Shown: one piece after another, positions 1-11,908 of the stretch | Layout of the letters: every line of letters starts with the position of its first letter | How positions within the stretch are numbered: the first letter of the stretch is position 1 | Assembly: GCA_010093605.1 (NCBI GenBank) | Contig: MU004189.1 | Span: 751,834 to 815,833, forward strand | DNA from: Lophium mytilinum | Lineage: Eukaryota | DNA length: 64,000 nucleotides | Direction: 5' to 3' | The notes under the pieces: generated by a model | Seen by the model: only the letters and a program-made list of their open reading frames with translations | The model's database searches: none | Told to the model about the DNA's origin: nothing | Position numbers and translations under genes: made by a program

Positions 1-244
1 TGTACTGAGTTGAGATATGAAAATGTTTGTGTTATGGATTATATACTTTATGATCAATGCAACCAATGAAAAGGTTATTACCAAGCAGATCGTAGAGCGG
101 GGTATCATGTGTGTCAGTCGTCGTATTAGGAGCCATGGATCCAGTCGCAAGGTGAGTCCCCATCAACGCCCAATCAAACCTTCCCATCCCATACAAACCC
201 CGAATCCGCAACATGCGCCTTAAACCGACAATAGCGAATCGAGT

Positions 245-985
245 TCAAACATCTTCATCAAGGAACTTCCTATTCCTCCTCCTCCTCTTCGCCAACTGCG
301 GGCTCCAGATCCCTGCAAACAGATCCTCACACTCATCCTCGTCCTGACTATCAAACTGAAGCTCCTCCTCTTTCCCCTCTTCTTTCCCCCCGGTTCGGAA
401 TCCAGCGCTCTCGCCTATCACCTCCAGCTCCTCTTCTTCCCGCTCCCAGTCCACAGCCCGGCATACCCTCTTCGTCTCCAGAATATACTTTCCCACTTTA
501 TAACGCTGGCTTTCCTCGTCTGCCGCGACGTACTTCCAGCCCAGCACAGTCCCGCAAAGGGCACAACTTATATCGGAGACGGTATGGGCGCCGGTGACGA
601 GCTGTCGCGGAACTGCCTTGTGGATGTGCGTGTTCGGTAATTCTCCCGGCTTACTGCGCAGACTGGTAGCTATAGGAGGGCTCGGCGGCGCTACGAGGTA
701 TGCACGACCATGGCGGCCAGTGAAGCCTTTGCTAATGATGGAGGCCGTGGGACATATATCTGTGAGACAGCGTGCGCAGCGAAGGTGGGAAGAGGAGCCG
801 GTCAGATAGGCGGGTTGCGGCGGTAAGGTGGATATGGTACTGGTAGGGGAGCTGGAGAGAGAGGGCGGTGAGGCGGAGGTTGAGGTTGAGGAACGCCGGC
901 GGAATGGGAGGGAGGGGAAAAGGTAGAGGGGGAAGATGGCGGGGGGTGATGGAAAAGAGGGGAGGGTGGGGGATGAGAAGGGCAT
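245..985 (-). CDS. Yippee/Mis18-family zinc-binding protein
   Basis: Single ORF with CxxC (CARC), GFTGRHGRAYL, LVTGAHTVSDISCxxC (CALC), LGWKY and YKVGKYILE, which are Yippee-domain motifs. Ser/Pro-rich N-terminus. Confidence 0.9.
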   Translation of the reverse strand: MPFSSPTLPSFPSPPAIFPLYLFPSLPFRRRSSTSTSASPPSLSSSPTSTISTLPPQPAYLTGSSSHLRCARCLTDICPTASIISKGFTGRHGRAYLVAPPSPPIATSLRSKPGELPNTHIHKAVPRQLVTGAHTVSDISCALCGTVLGWKYVAADEESQRYKVGKYILETKRVCRAVDWEREEEELEVIGESAGFRTGGKEEGKEEELQFDSQDEDECEDLFAGIWSPQLAKRRRRNRKFLDEDV

Positions 986-2938
986 GTCGTGGCTCAGGTG
1001 TCGTGGTGTTGTTTCGCGTTTGGTGGTTATGAGGGTAGTAATAGACCAAGGTCACTGAGGTGGGGTCAGTGGGTGCTTTCATTCGGGCATCCGGATTAAC
1101 AACCTTAAGAAGAGGAGGTTTCGGTGATTGCTGTTGGACGAGCGCCGGCACCGCGTCCTGAGGCACCGCCCCAAGACGCTTGCAAATAGCCTCTTACGGC
1201 AGAAGTCGTGACGTGGTGTGTCGATGTCGTTGGGTCTCAAAAGCTACCCGACAGCTCACAGGTTGGCGATAAGATAAGACGCAAATAGAAGCGCGCGAAG
1301 CGCCACAACGGCGATGCAGCAAGGCGCGTCGAGGGGCGAGTGCGAGGCTGAACAAGCAGAAAAAGCACCGAGAGTCTCGCAGCCGTTTGGTTGCGAGAGG
1401 CGTCTTCGTTTCTTGTTCAATGCACGATGGTTTCACAGAGCGAGAGGTTGAGGCGGGGCTGGCGTTTCGACTCAGACTGGATGGATCACGGGAATGCGGG
1501 TCGAGCTGGGTCATGCGGTCGACTGACGACTAAAGGATGCTGGCATGCATCACGGGGTCGTTGCTGGCACGTTGGACCGAGTGTGTGCTGATCCGCCGTC
1601 TTACTTCGAACGTCCAGCCTCATCATGGTCCGCGCTCTCCTCTGTCGTCCGTCGTCTGAGCAGACGAAAGACGGCAGACCTCCCCCCTTACCCCTTGACT
1701 ACATGCCTTTCTCCATGTCGGACGAATTTCGTGGACCTCGCCCGTCTCTTTGTAAAGAACGGTACTCTACTGCTAACCCTCAGCATCTCCCCGACGCCGC
1801 TCGGTAGCCGGCATCTCTGCTGTGGAGGTGTGGACGACGCGTTGCCGTAACAAGTAGAGCCACAACTGTGTGAAATTAACAGCAGACGACCGAGGCTGGC
1901 TGGAAGAAAGATCTGAAGTTTCAGCCGTCATCCGATGCACTCCACTGGAGGATGAAGCCACAAGCCCGCTCTCTCCCGGATGCTGGATTGGGGGTTAGCT
2001 GAGCGTCGCCGGGCACCTGAGAACCACGGTTCGTAGTATTTCCTGGGGTCTAGACGGCTGCTGCAGTGAGTTGGTTGCTGCTCCAGTCCGTGTTGCCAGG
2101 AGGCCCTGTCTGTCGCCTGCATGCCGGTCAATACTTTGTGCACCACTCCCCTCAGCGCCGCAACAACAGGTGTGCTGAGTAGTGGAGTTGTTTGGATAGC
2201 AACGATCCCATCGCCAGAGATCTCCACTGGCTCCACAACGCCGCACGCCCTCTCGGGTTATTCTTGAGCCTGCAAAAGCAGCAAGGCGAGATCCACCCTC
2301 ACGCGCGCGTTGAGTCTATGCGATCTCCCGGCTCGGGCCAGGCGATCGGACACAAAAGATCCATGGCCCAACTTCAGCCACCAATACGCTACCACGCGAC
2401 TCCCCGTGCACCTCAGGGGTAACGCCGCACCACTGCACTCTGTTCCCCCGCGCCTCTCTACAAACAGCATTCACCTTCTGGTCGCCCTCGTCACGTGGCG
2501 CCTTCTTTCGGCGTCAAAAGGGCCCTCGCGTCGCCCCATGCCTCGCATCCTCCTCCTAGAAAGGGACCCCCTGTCGTCTAGCTGACCATTCTGATAGGTC
2601 ACTTCATATACAGCCGCACGCTTTCTGCTCCATTTGGCTATATCTCCACCATCGAGAGGGCTTCCAGGTCACATCGGCGCTACGCTCTGAGCCTTGTTTC
2701 CTTTTGTTTCTCCTCAGCGAGCCCAGAGCGCCCGAAACCCGAGCTCAAGCCCCGGTCTGTCTGTTGCACACAGAGCTACTTCTTCCAAAGTAGTCCCGAA
2801 GAAAACATGGCTTGCGGGAGGACTATATATGTCTTGTCCCCAGCCGCAAAACGTAGATCATTGTCAATCATTACTTCTCTGTCTCTGCCTTGTTTCCTTG
2901 CATACACATAAGTCGTTTCGACTCCACACTCGTTAAGA

Positions 2939-4474
2939 ATGTCTATCAAGACTCTTTCTAGCGCGTTTGCTCTTGCGGCGTTGCTCTCTTCGGCCACGGC
3001 CCACACGACCCTTCAGCGTCGTACCCAGACTCCTCTCCCACCATGCTCTTACCCTTTTACCGACTTTGTGTCCTCCGGCTGCTATGTCGACTCTGTCAGC
3101 AGCCGCACTCTTCCCTTCATGGCTCCTATTGAGTTCAACAACGCTACCATCGAGATCTGCACGGCTGCTTGCAAAGTATGTTGTGCCTCTAACTGTGGCC
3201 TGATCTGTGCTGAATTTCTTCGCAGGGCAACGGTTACCGTTATGCTGGTCTGGAATACTATGGCCAGTGCTTCTGTGGTTCCAGTGTCATCGGCACTGCT
3301 GCTCCGGAGACTGACTGCAACCTCCCTTGCAACGGCGACTCTGGCGAGATCTGTGGTGGCCAGGACAGGCTCTCCATCTACCAGGACCCCACTTTCCCTG
3401 AGGCCGACAACATTGCCGTGTCCTCCGACTACATGTCCCTGGTAAGAGCCTTCCGCTTCATACTCATCTCCCCTTCTGCATGCTGACTACTCCCAGGGCT
3501 GCTACACTGAGGCCTCCGCTGGTCGTGCCCTAGCCTACTCCCAGATCAACGAGGGCGCCAACCTCGATGGCACGAAGATGACCACCCAGCTCTGCCTTAA
3601 CGCCTGTGGGGCTAGGGGCTTCCCCTTTGCCGGTACAGAGTTCGGTGGCGAGTGCTACTGCGGTGTTGTGCTTGGGAACGGAACTGTTCCTGCCCCTACC
3701 TCTGACTGCGACAAGACCTGCAACGGGGACTCCACTCAGACCTGTGGTGGTGCCCAGCGCCTGAGCCTATACGTGGCTACCGACTTGGAGTCCACGGAGC
3801 CTTGCGAAGCCCCAGCTGTCTCATCTTCCAGCGCCGCTGCCTCTAGCACCGTCTCCTCTAGCACTTCCTGCTCCAGCACCGTCTCCTCTACCACCGTCTC
3901 TTCCACCTCCTCGGTGTTCAGCTCTTCGACCCTGTCCACCCAGACTACGTCGTGCCCCATACCGACCAACACCTATGTTCCTCCTTCGGCACCCACCACC
4001 AAGACCACCACCACCGGCGCCACCGCTGCCCCGTCCGCTTCCTGCCTGTGCGCCACGCCCACCGCCTGGGCCGGCAAGAAGGCCGTCGGCAACTACCAGC
4101 TCCCCTGCGTCGGCTGCAACGACAACAAAACGCAGCGCCAGAGCTACCCATGGAAGCTGTTCAACAACCAGAATTTCGGCCGCTGCCCCAGCTACGGCAA
4201 GGGCAAGCAGGTCAACGCGTGCCAGGACGCCTGCACGACGCAGTACAACTGGTGCCTGAGCTACGCCAACTCGTGCAAGAACAGCCGCAGCGCGCCCGAG
4301 AGCTTCACCTCTGCGAACGGCAAGTGTCGCCAGCAGTATGCTGACTGCTATAAGGCGAACAACAATGTCAAGGATGATGGACGCTGCACGGTTACCAGCT
4401 CGCCGAAGCCGGTGCCGCAGCAGAGTGACCAGTGGTTCAACTGGTGCTCTAGCTGGTTGAAGCAGTGGTTCTAG
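2939..4474 (+). CDS. Secreted protein: two WSC domains, Ser/Thr linker, Cys-rich C-terminal domain
   Basis: Exons 2939-3175, 3226-3441, 3497-4474 (GT-AG introns 3176-3225 and 3442-3496, frame preserved). Signal-peptide-like N-terminus. WSC motifs GCYxD...YAGLEYYGQCFCG and GCY...FAGTEFGGECYCG. Confidence 0.9.
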
Positions 4475-5945
4475 ATGCCTCGCTAGCGTCGATGCGTTGG
4501 GTCTGGAAATGATCGCAGTGTGTGATGTTGTGAGTGGTTGGTTTGGTGGGGGATGGTGTTGGGGATGGAGGGGAAATGGAAGTGATGCATGGGCGGTATA
4601 ATCGATTGAAAATGTCTAATACTTAATCTTTGATTCTCTTGCTGTATGGGAGGGAATAATTGTATGAATGTATGGGCCTTAGGAAAAATAAAACTAATAA
4701 TTAAACATTCCATGGCCGCTTTCTTGGTGTTTGTGTGTGATTGACTAGCTCCTAACGTGTTCGCACTGTTATGCGTTCTTTTCGCACGCGGTGTAGCATA
4801 AAACATGACGTAAACTCTCAATTCTTCACTTTCTCACCACAGAACCTTGCAATCATCCCAAATCTCTACCAGCAAACACCTCCGTACACCGCGATTTCAT
4901 CCTCCTAACCAACATCAACGCAGCCTACCCAGTCCTGTAAAGCCTCAGCACTTATGCGCGACCCTGCCATCACTACACCTATATCTCAAAACCACCAGAC
5001 GTTGAGGTAAAGTTTGTGGGGCTTGCTATCGCCATTCTGACGCCGGAAGTCGTGATTGCGATCTTCACCCCAGAACTACCCGTCGCTACTAAACCTCCGA
5101 GCGATCCCTGCGAGCTTGAACGTTGGTGCTTTCTTCCTCCGTACACACTTCTCAATGTTTCGAATCACAGCCGTGGATTTGGCAAGGGGTTGAAGCCGTA
5201 AGTACTTTTGGGCGCATTCTGTTTTGATGTAAATCTGTGACTTCGAATTGCACCTATAGTGTAGATTAAATACTACGTGGAACAAAAATTTCTTTCCAAC
5301 ACAGCCAAACAGAAAACAACAGAACCAAGTCCACAACGGATATCTGTACCATGCTCGCGGAGGTAAAAATCCCACAACTCTTGAAACGGCATATGCGCCC
5401 CTGTGCTGGAGGCCATAAGTCTAAATTTTGCCGTCCACGACCGTGGCTCTCGAGTCAACTGGTGAGACATCGAATAATCCCATGCAGCACGCCTCTATTT
5501 TGGCGTTCGGAACTTGTGTGTCCGTGCGTTGTGGTCTACTGCAGGGGCTCTGTGTGCGGCTGGGGACGAGGTCGGGATATCCATGCTTTGGCGATGGAGT
5601 GGTGGTTGCACGGATACGGAGATGGGATAACTGGCGTTCGAGGAGCCGAGTTGAAGGGGGTACGCTTCAGTAGTTTGGTTGTGTGGAAGAGAGAGTCTGA
5701 AAGTTCTTGAGGTCTTTGGTGAACGGCTCACGTGTGCCTTAGAGACCCGAGCGTGGAAAGTTTACACTCGAATTATGAAGGGTGCTGTGTGCAGCTGTGA
5801 AGCCACGCGGAGTATTGAAGCATGAAGGGTCCAAGTGTATAGACTATCGATACCAGGTGCTTTATGTTAGTCGTAAAGCATACAATTCATACTACAAGCA
5901 CAGCTCTACCCCATATACAAACGCCTCGAATGCATTCCCAAACGC

Positions 5946-8900
5946 TCAGAAGTCCACCCTCCCCAAGCCCCTATTTTTCACAGCTCCCTGCACTTCATCC
6001 TTGACCTTCTCAACCGCCTTTTCCCACTTCACCCGATCCATCTTCTCACCCGAATCAACTCCCTCTTCAACCACCCAAACCAACCACTTCACCACCGCCA
6101 CAGCCTTTGCTAGGTCCCCCTCCTCTTCGACCACCTTCACCAGATACGTTCCCAGCGCCTCCAAATCCTCCTTATACGGCCCATCTTCCCGAAACTCCTC
6201 ACACCACGCCGTAATAGCCTCCCTCAGCTCGTCCATCTGCCATAGCTTCTGCGTCGTAAACGTCGGGCGTTTCGGTCGCTGAATCTGCAGCAGGCGTGGC
6301 TGATGCGGCGCGGGAGCTGGAGCATTGGCCTTACGGGCATTGCTTGCGACGATTGCGAGGTTCGAGCGGACCTTGAGACGCTTCCGACGGTGCTCTTCCA
6401 GCACCTCGCGGCGGAGGTCTTCTGGGAGGGCAGCGAGGAAGTCGGGGTCCAGGTCTTCATCTTCGGGTGGCTTGCTGTTGCCAGGTTCCGCGCTTCCTGA
6501 GCGGGAGCGAGGGATTTTGGTGGTAATGAAGTTGGACTGCGTTAAAGTAGATCCGCCAGAGGTCGTGGTCGCTGTCGCGGACTTGGGAGGCCTGCCACGT
6601 TTGCGAGGGAAAACAGGCGCGGACTTCTTGAAGACTGGGGGTAAGATCCGGTTCTTGCGGGGTGATTGAGGGAGAACGGGTTGATCACCAGTGCGTCTAG
6701 AGGGCGAGCTTGGGGTTTCCTGATATTGTGCAAGGACTTCTGCCTTGACGTCGTCAGGGAGTGCAGCTAAGATCTCGGGATCGAGCTGAGACTCGGTGGG
6801 TAATGCCGTTAAAGAAAATGGTGCCTTTTTTTGCCTGGCGCGATTGAGAGGAGATGGCGAGGTAGGACGAGTATGTCTTGCTAACTTGGCTCGGATGGTC
6901 CCCGGAAGTTCGGCGAGAACTTGAGGATCAACCTGAGAGGGAAGTATGAACTGTGTACCTAGCGTGTTCAGAGGCCTTCTGCTTGGGCTGTCCTTGTTCA
7001 AGCTTTCAGCGCCAAAAGCGACTTGATCTGGTTGGGCTCTTGGTTTCTTTGGCGTTTGAACATCGTCCTGGATAGGATCATCCGCTTTGGCGACACGGAC
7101 TTTTGGTTCACTGACCCTGAATTGGAGACGTCTCTGGCTGCCATCCGCTTGCCCATCCGCAGCCATTTTTATCGGTTCTAGTTTGGTCACTTGAACTCCA
7201 ATTCCCCGTAGCTCCCCAGGGGAAAAGCCGAAGCCTTTCATGATAGACAATGCTTCCTTGGTCAAGACCTCTGCGGCATTCGTAGCAACCCCAAGCACCA
7301 AGCTCTTATTGTGAGTATCGCATTTTCCATGCCCAAGATGCTTGGGTGGATCTAGAGGTGCGTCTGGAGAGCGTCTCATAATCTTCATCGTGAACTGGCG
7401 GCCTTTAACTCGTTCCTTCAGTAAACGCTTACTCAACTCTGTACACAAGCTTCCAACAAACTCTTCAGCTTGGTCCTGGTTTTCGAACCGTACGCCCCAG
7501 TTGACTTCCGCTGAAACCGACTTTCGGATAACTTGTTCACCAACCTCAGCTCGATCGATACCTCTTGAATATTCCCAGAGCTTGTCGCCTGTCTTTGGGC
7601 CCAGTGTTTGGACCATTCTCTCTTTTGTGACTTCCCGGATATCTTTCACTAACTTTATCCCTATTTCTTCTAGTTTTCCCCCAGTACTCCATGCTACACC
7701 TGGAAGATCTTGCACTTGTAGATCACCGATAAAATCGAGGATGTCTTCCGGCTTGATCTGGTGCTGGCCGGCCGGTTTCGCTTTCCGAAGAGCAAGCTTT
7801 GCTAGAAGGATGTTGCCTCCAATGCCCACCGAAACATTGCAGCCAGTCCTTCTCTTGATCTGATCTCGCAATGCCTGGGCTACTCCGTCCGCCTTAGCTT
7901 GTTCTCTGTATATGCTCCCTTCGCTAACTTTCTTGCCATCAGATCCACCTTCCGCAGCACAGAGTGTCGATATATCGATAAGTGCTTCATCAACACTTAC
8001 ACTTTGAACTATGCCATCAATAGCAAGAATACAGTCGTAGAAACCTCTGCTGGCTTCCTCATAGGCTGGAAAGTCGTAGGGCAGAATTTTTAAATCGGGG
8101 CATAGTTCTTGTGCTCGCTTCATCCACATCCCATTCTTCACACCAAATTTTCTAGCAGGATAATTGCAACTGGCAATCTCAGATCCACTACCGTTTCCGT
8201 GAGCAACTACAGCAGGCTTGTCTTTATATTGAGGGTACTTTTTGAGGGACACGGCGGCAAAGAAGCTGTCGAAGTCAACATGGAGGATATATCGCCTGGC
8301 ACCTGGGGGCCGCTTCTGTTTAGTCTTCTGAGATGAAGACTTCTCTGCTGCCAGTGCTTGAAGCTGAGACTTCAAGTCTGCCTTCCAGGTCGAAAGATGA
8401 TGTAACCGTGATTCGCGGTAGTATTGATCTAGGAAGTTGGGGTCCACGACAGTAGACTTTCGGATCTTCGGATCAGCGAGCAAAATCGCATTATGTTCTT
8501 CTGCCGTCAATTTCGTCTTCTTAGATGGAAAGGCAACGTCGTCGTCACTGGACCTCTTGTTGTTCTGTGCGGGACGAACAACCGGGCTCCGAGAGACGGC
8601 TACTGGAGGATCTGGGCTCGAATTCGAAAGAGCTGAATCGAGGTGTCGAAAGGGTGAACTAGTCTTCGGCGGAGTCACAAGTTCCGGATCCTTGGTGAGA
8701 CCGTCCTCTTGATTAAGAGGTGCTGCGGGCCCATCGTGATCTATACCGAACTCAGGTTGATGTGAGGGAGGGAGATCGACAATGTCATCTTCGTCCGGCG
8801 TCGGTGGTCGGGTTTTCAGGAATGGCGAGCGCACTGAACTACTTGGTGTACTTTCTGCCCCTTTGAGCTGACTTGTATACCAACTAGTATCCGTCTGTTC

Positions 8901-9485
8901 CCGATATCCTTTGGATAGTGTGTTTGCCTGGCTGACGACTTTCCCGTTGTCAAACCCTAGTATCTTCTGGCCGGCACCTTCATCCAAGACCCTGAAACTA
9001 TCCCAAGGCAGAAGCTTTCCAGCCTTCACACTCTCAACGACCCATGCAGGCTTGACTATTCGATATCTCTTGAACTCTATTGCTTTCTTCGGAGTAAGAC
9101 TGCTAGCGATGATGTGCGTGACCGTCGTTTTGCCGTCGAGGTATTGCATAAATCCTCCTCCATGTGACACGATGAGTTTGTGAAGATCGTTCAGAGATGG
9201 TTGTGTATAGCCGTTGACTTGCGCGACGATTCCTCGAAAGATGGCGGGCTTGTCTCCCGACTGCAAGCGCAAATCGGCATCGAGGTTCTGCAGCTTAATC
9301 TTCTTTCGCCGAAAGTAGTCTGTGAACCCTCCAAACTTGGAGCTCTCATACTCGTCACCGTCCTCATCATCGAAAGTGTCTATAAAAATTGTTAGCTTGG
9401 AGACTTCCAGACGAAACGATTCATCCATACGGTTCTCGATGCGCTTTCGCACCGCATTCGAGTTGCTTTCCAGCCTGGAGCCCAT
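5946..9485 (-). CDS. REV1: DNA repair protein Rev1 (Y-family deoxycytidyl transferase)
   Basis: N-terminal BRCT domain; SRLHHLS, HVDFDSFF, SCNYPAR and SVDE motifs; UBM-like repeats (LDPEILAALP, LDPDFLAALP); Rev1 C-terminal domain. Probable in-frame intron 9380-9430 (GTATGG..CTAAC..TAG). Confidence 0.97.
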   Translation of the reverse strand: MGSRLESNSNAVRKRIENRMDESFRLEVSKLTIFIDTFDDEDGDEYESSKFGGFTDYFRRKKIKLQNLDADLRLQSGDKPAIFRGIVAQVNGYTQPSLNDLHKLIVSHGGGFMQYLDGKTTVTHIIASSLTPKKAIEFKRYRIVKPAWVVESVKAGKLLPWDSFRVLDEGAGQKILGFDNGKVVSQANTLSKGYREQTDTSWYTSQLKGAESTPSSSVRSPFLKTRPPTPDEDDIVDLPPSHQPEFGIDHDGPAAPLNQEDGLTKDPELVTPPKTSSPFRHLDSALSNSSPDPPVAVSRSPVVRPAQNNKRSSDDDVAFPSKKTKLTAEEHNAILLADPKIRKSTVVDPNFLDQYYRESRLHHLSTWKADLKSQLQALAAEKSSSQKTKQKRPPGARRYILHVDFDSFFAAVSLKKYPQYKDKPAVVAHGNGSGSEIASCNYPARKFGVKNGMWMKRAQELCPDLKILPYDFPAYEEASRGFYDCILAIDGIVQSVSVDEALIDISTLCAAEGGSDGKKVSEGSIYREQAKADGVAQALRDQIKRRTGCNVSVGIGGNILLAKLALRKAKPAGQHQIKPEDILDFIGDLQVQDLPGVAWSTGGKLEEIGIKLVKDIREVTKERMVQTLGPKTGDKLWEYSRGIDRAEVGEQVIRKSVSAEVNWGVRFENQDQAEEFVGSLCTELSKRLLKERVKGRQFTMKIMRRSPDAPLDPPKHLGHGKCDTHNKSLVLGVATNAAEVLTKEALSIMKGFGFSPGELRGIGVQVTKLEPIKMAADGQADGSQRRLQFRVSEPKVRVAKADDPIQDDVQTPKKPRAQPDQVAFGAESLNKDSPSRRPLNTLGTQFILPSQVDPQVLAELPGTIRAKLARHTRPTSPSPLNRARQKKAPFSLTALPTESQLDPEILAALPDDVKAEVLAQYQETPSSPSRRTGDQPVLPQSPRKNRILPPVFKKSAPVFPRKRGRPPKSATATTTSGGSTLTQSNFITTKIPRSRSGSAEPGNSKPPEDEDLDPDFLAALPEDLRREVLEEHRRKRLKVRSNLAIVASNARKANAPAPAPHQPRLLQIQRPKRPTFTTQKLWQMDELREAITAWCEEFREDGPYKEDLEALGTYLVKVVEEEGDLAKAVAVVKWLVWVVEEGVDSGEKMDRVKWEKAVEKVKDEVQGAVKNRGLGRVDF

Positions 9486-10120
9486 CTTGCGCGCAGGTGT
9501 TACGCGAGTGCCCTTGTAGCAAGTCCGCCGCCTTGGACAGGCTCATTGTCGTGGTGCGGGCCCAAAATCACGTCGACATCAAATCTCGAGTGAATGCGAC
9601 ACGATGCGCGCGTCAAGGTGGAGTTTGGCCCTCGTTCGCAAGGCGGGAAAAGTGGCACCGCCCCGCCAAGCTCTCAAGGTTGCTCACCAGCTCGAATAAA
9701 TTAACTTCAGTCTTCATTCTGGACAACGCCATTAGAAATGGCTTGACCATTCCACACTAATCAAGCTTTCATATCATTGGAACTCCGGAAAAGGTGTTAG
9801 AGCACTACAAGTAATGGTATTAATGCTTGCAAAGAAGACGATTAATTGAGTGCCACCTTTTGCATGCCCTGCCCGCGAAGTGGAGCATTCTGCCGGCGGT
9901 GAACCGCTTAGCGGCTGGGCGCCAAGATTTACAGCTTTTTCTACCTCTTCCTCCTCTCTCTCTGCGCGCTTCTCTTCTTCCCGCTCTCTACTTTCAAATC
10001 ACTGAGACGCCCATTATACTCAGTACACCCACTCCTTTGTACAGCGCACGTCTTGTACAAAGTCCTCCTCTTTCTACCACTCCTGCAAGCATCGACTAAG
10101 AGCTATCCAATCGAGCAAAA
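9486..10120. promoter_or_regulatory. Divergent intergenic/promoter region, REV1-FPR4
   Basis: Head-to-head starts 635 bp apart. CGCG-core motifs near 9502, 9606-9615 and 9873; GCGGGAAAA at ~9643; pyrimidine tract at 9935-9995. Confidence 0.55.
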
Positions 10121-11908
10121 ATGTCGAACATGCTTCCAGTGCAGGTCTATGGCCTCGAAGTCCCGCCCGGAGACGACCTTTTGGTTGAAGCCGCGCCAGA
10201 CTTCCCTGCGACCGTAAGTATAATGTCACCATTGCGGTCGGCCACCGAAGCCCTGTCCCATCTAGGAAAAGACCTTTCTTCGGCTGTCGCATCGAGACTT
10301 TTTTATTACCTGTCGCATTTTTTTCAACCATGCTGATTTCGCCAAGTTCCGCATCACTATGGCGGCGCTTGACCCCAGCGCTATTCCTCAACTCGACTTC
10401 CACCCTGACGGCGCTGCCCCTCGTGCTACATTGAAGCTTATTAGGGAGCGCATTGACTCTCTCGACGACGACTCTGAAGACGAGGACTACGACGACAATA
10501 TTGACGCTATTAGAGCTCGTCTGGGTATAACCGAGGAAGATGATGAGGACGGAGACTCCGAGGAGTCGGATAGCGAGGACGAAAAGAATGGTGGACCGAG
10601 CGACCCCTCCAGATCGAAGAAGGCGATCGTCGAGAAGCTGAAGAAAGCGCTCAAGGGCGAGGAAGACATGGACCTTGACGATGCTCCCAATGGCCTGGCG
10701 AACGGCATCAAGTCTGACAAGGGCAAGGGCAAGGCCTCTGACGTTCTCGGTCTTGAAGATGATAGCGACGAGGAATCAGAGGACGATGAAGCAGAGGAGT
10801 TCGTGCTCTGCACCCTAGATCCTGAGAAGGTAACCGAACTGCGTCCCATCAACACGAGTACCCTACTGACCTTTCTCTCAGCATTATCAACAGCCTTTGG
10901 ACATTACTGTCAACGAAAATGAGAAGGTTTACTTCAAGGTCTCCGGGACACACACCATCTACCTGACTGGAAACTACGTTATTGAGCCAGAGGCTCACAA
11001 CCATGACGACGAAGATTCTTCTGACGAAGAGATGGACTACGATCTCTCGCCCGATGAGGATGAGCTCGACGATGAAGATGAGGAGGATGATGTGCTCGAT
11101 AGCATCAAGGACCCTCGTATCACTGAAGTTGACTCGGAGGAAGAGGAGGCACCCAAGCTGGTCAAGGCTGCTAAGTCAAAGGGCAAGAACAAGCGCCCAG
11201 CTGACGATTCTGATGATGAGCAAGCTGTCACTCTAGACGACCTGATCAGCAAGTCAATGAAGCCAGAACCAGCTGCCAACGGCGAACAGCACCTAAGCAA
11301 GAAGGAGCGCAAAAAGCTCAAGAAGAACGACGGTCAGGCCACCGCAGTGGAGACCCCCGCGAAAAAGGACGAGTCCAAGAAGGACCAGAAGGACACCCCG
11401 AACAGCGCGAAGGGCGATAAGAAAGTTCAATTCGCCAAGAACCTTGAGCAAGGGCCGACTGGGTCTCCTTTGGCGGCGAACGGCAAGAATGGTGTCAAGA
11501 AAGAGGAAAGCCCTAAGACTGGGCCAAAGATCGTCCAAGGTGTTACCGTCGACGACAAGAAGCTTGGAAAGGGTCCTGCCGCCAAGAAGGGTGACAGGAT
11601 TGGCATGCGCTACATCGGAAAGTTCGCCAAGGACGGCAAGGTGTTTGACTGTAAGCTTTCTCGCCTTCGCGTTGCTCGAACAATCGACTAACTCCTAGAC
11701 AGCGAACAAAAAGGGCAAACCATTCACGTTCAAGCTCGGCGTAGGCGAGGTCATCAAGGGCTGGGACATCGGTGTCGTTGGCATGACTGTCGGAGGTGAG
11801 CGTCGCATCACCATCCCATCCAAGCTAGCCTACGGCAACAAGCCTCCGCCCGGGATTCCCGCCAACGCCGAGCTCATCTTCGATATCAAGATGATGTCGG
11901 TGAACTAG
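10121..11908 (+). CDS. FPR4: Nucleolar FK506-binding protein (nucleoplasmin-like domain, acidic/basic tracts, FKBP PPIase), Fpr3/Fpr4 type
   Basis: Exons 10121-10213, 10347-10829, 10882-11650, 11703-11908. Contains FVLCTLD..YQQPLDI, D/E tracts and [41 protein letters not shown]. Confidence 0.93.

Noticed and set aside
9380..9430. Short in-frame stop-free introns (REV1 51 nt; also MOSC 29204-29254 and RKR1 59132-59188)
   Set aside because: Short enough to be stop-free by chance, so treated as ordinary introns.
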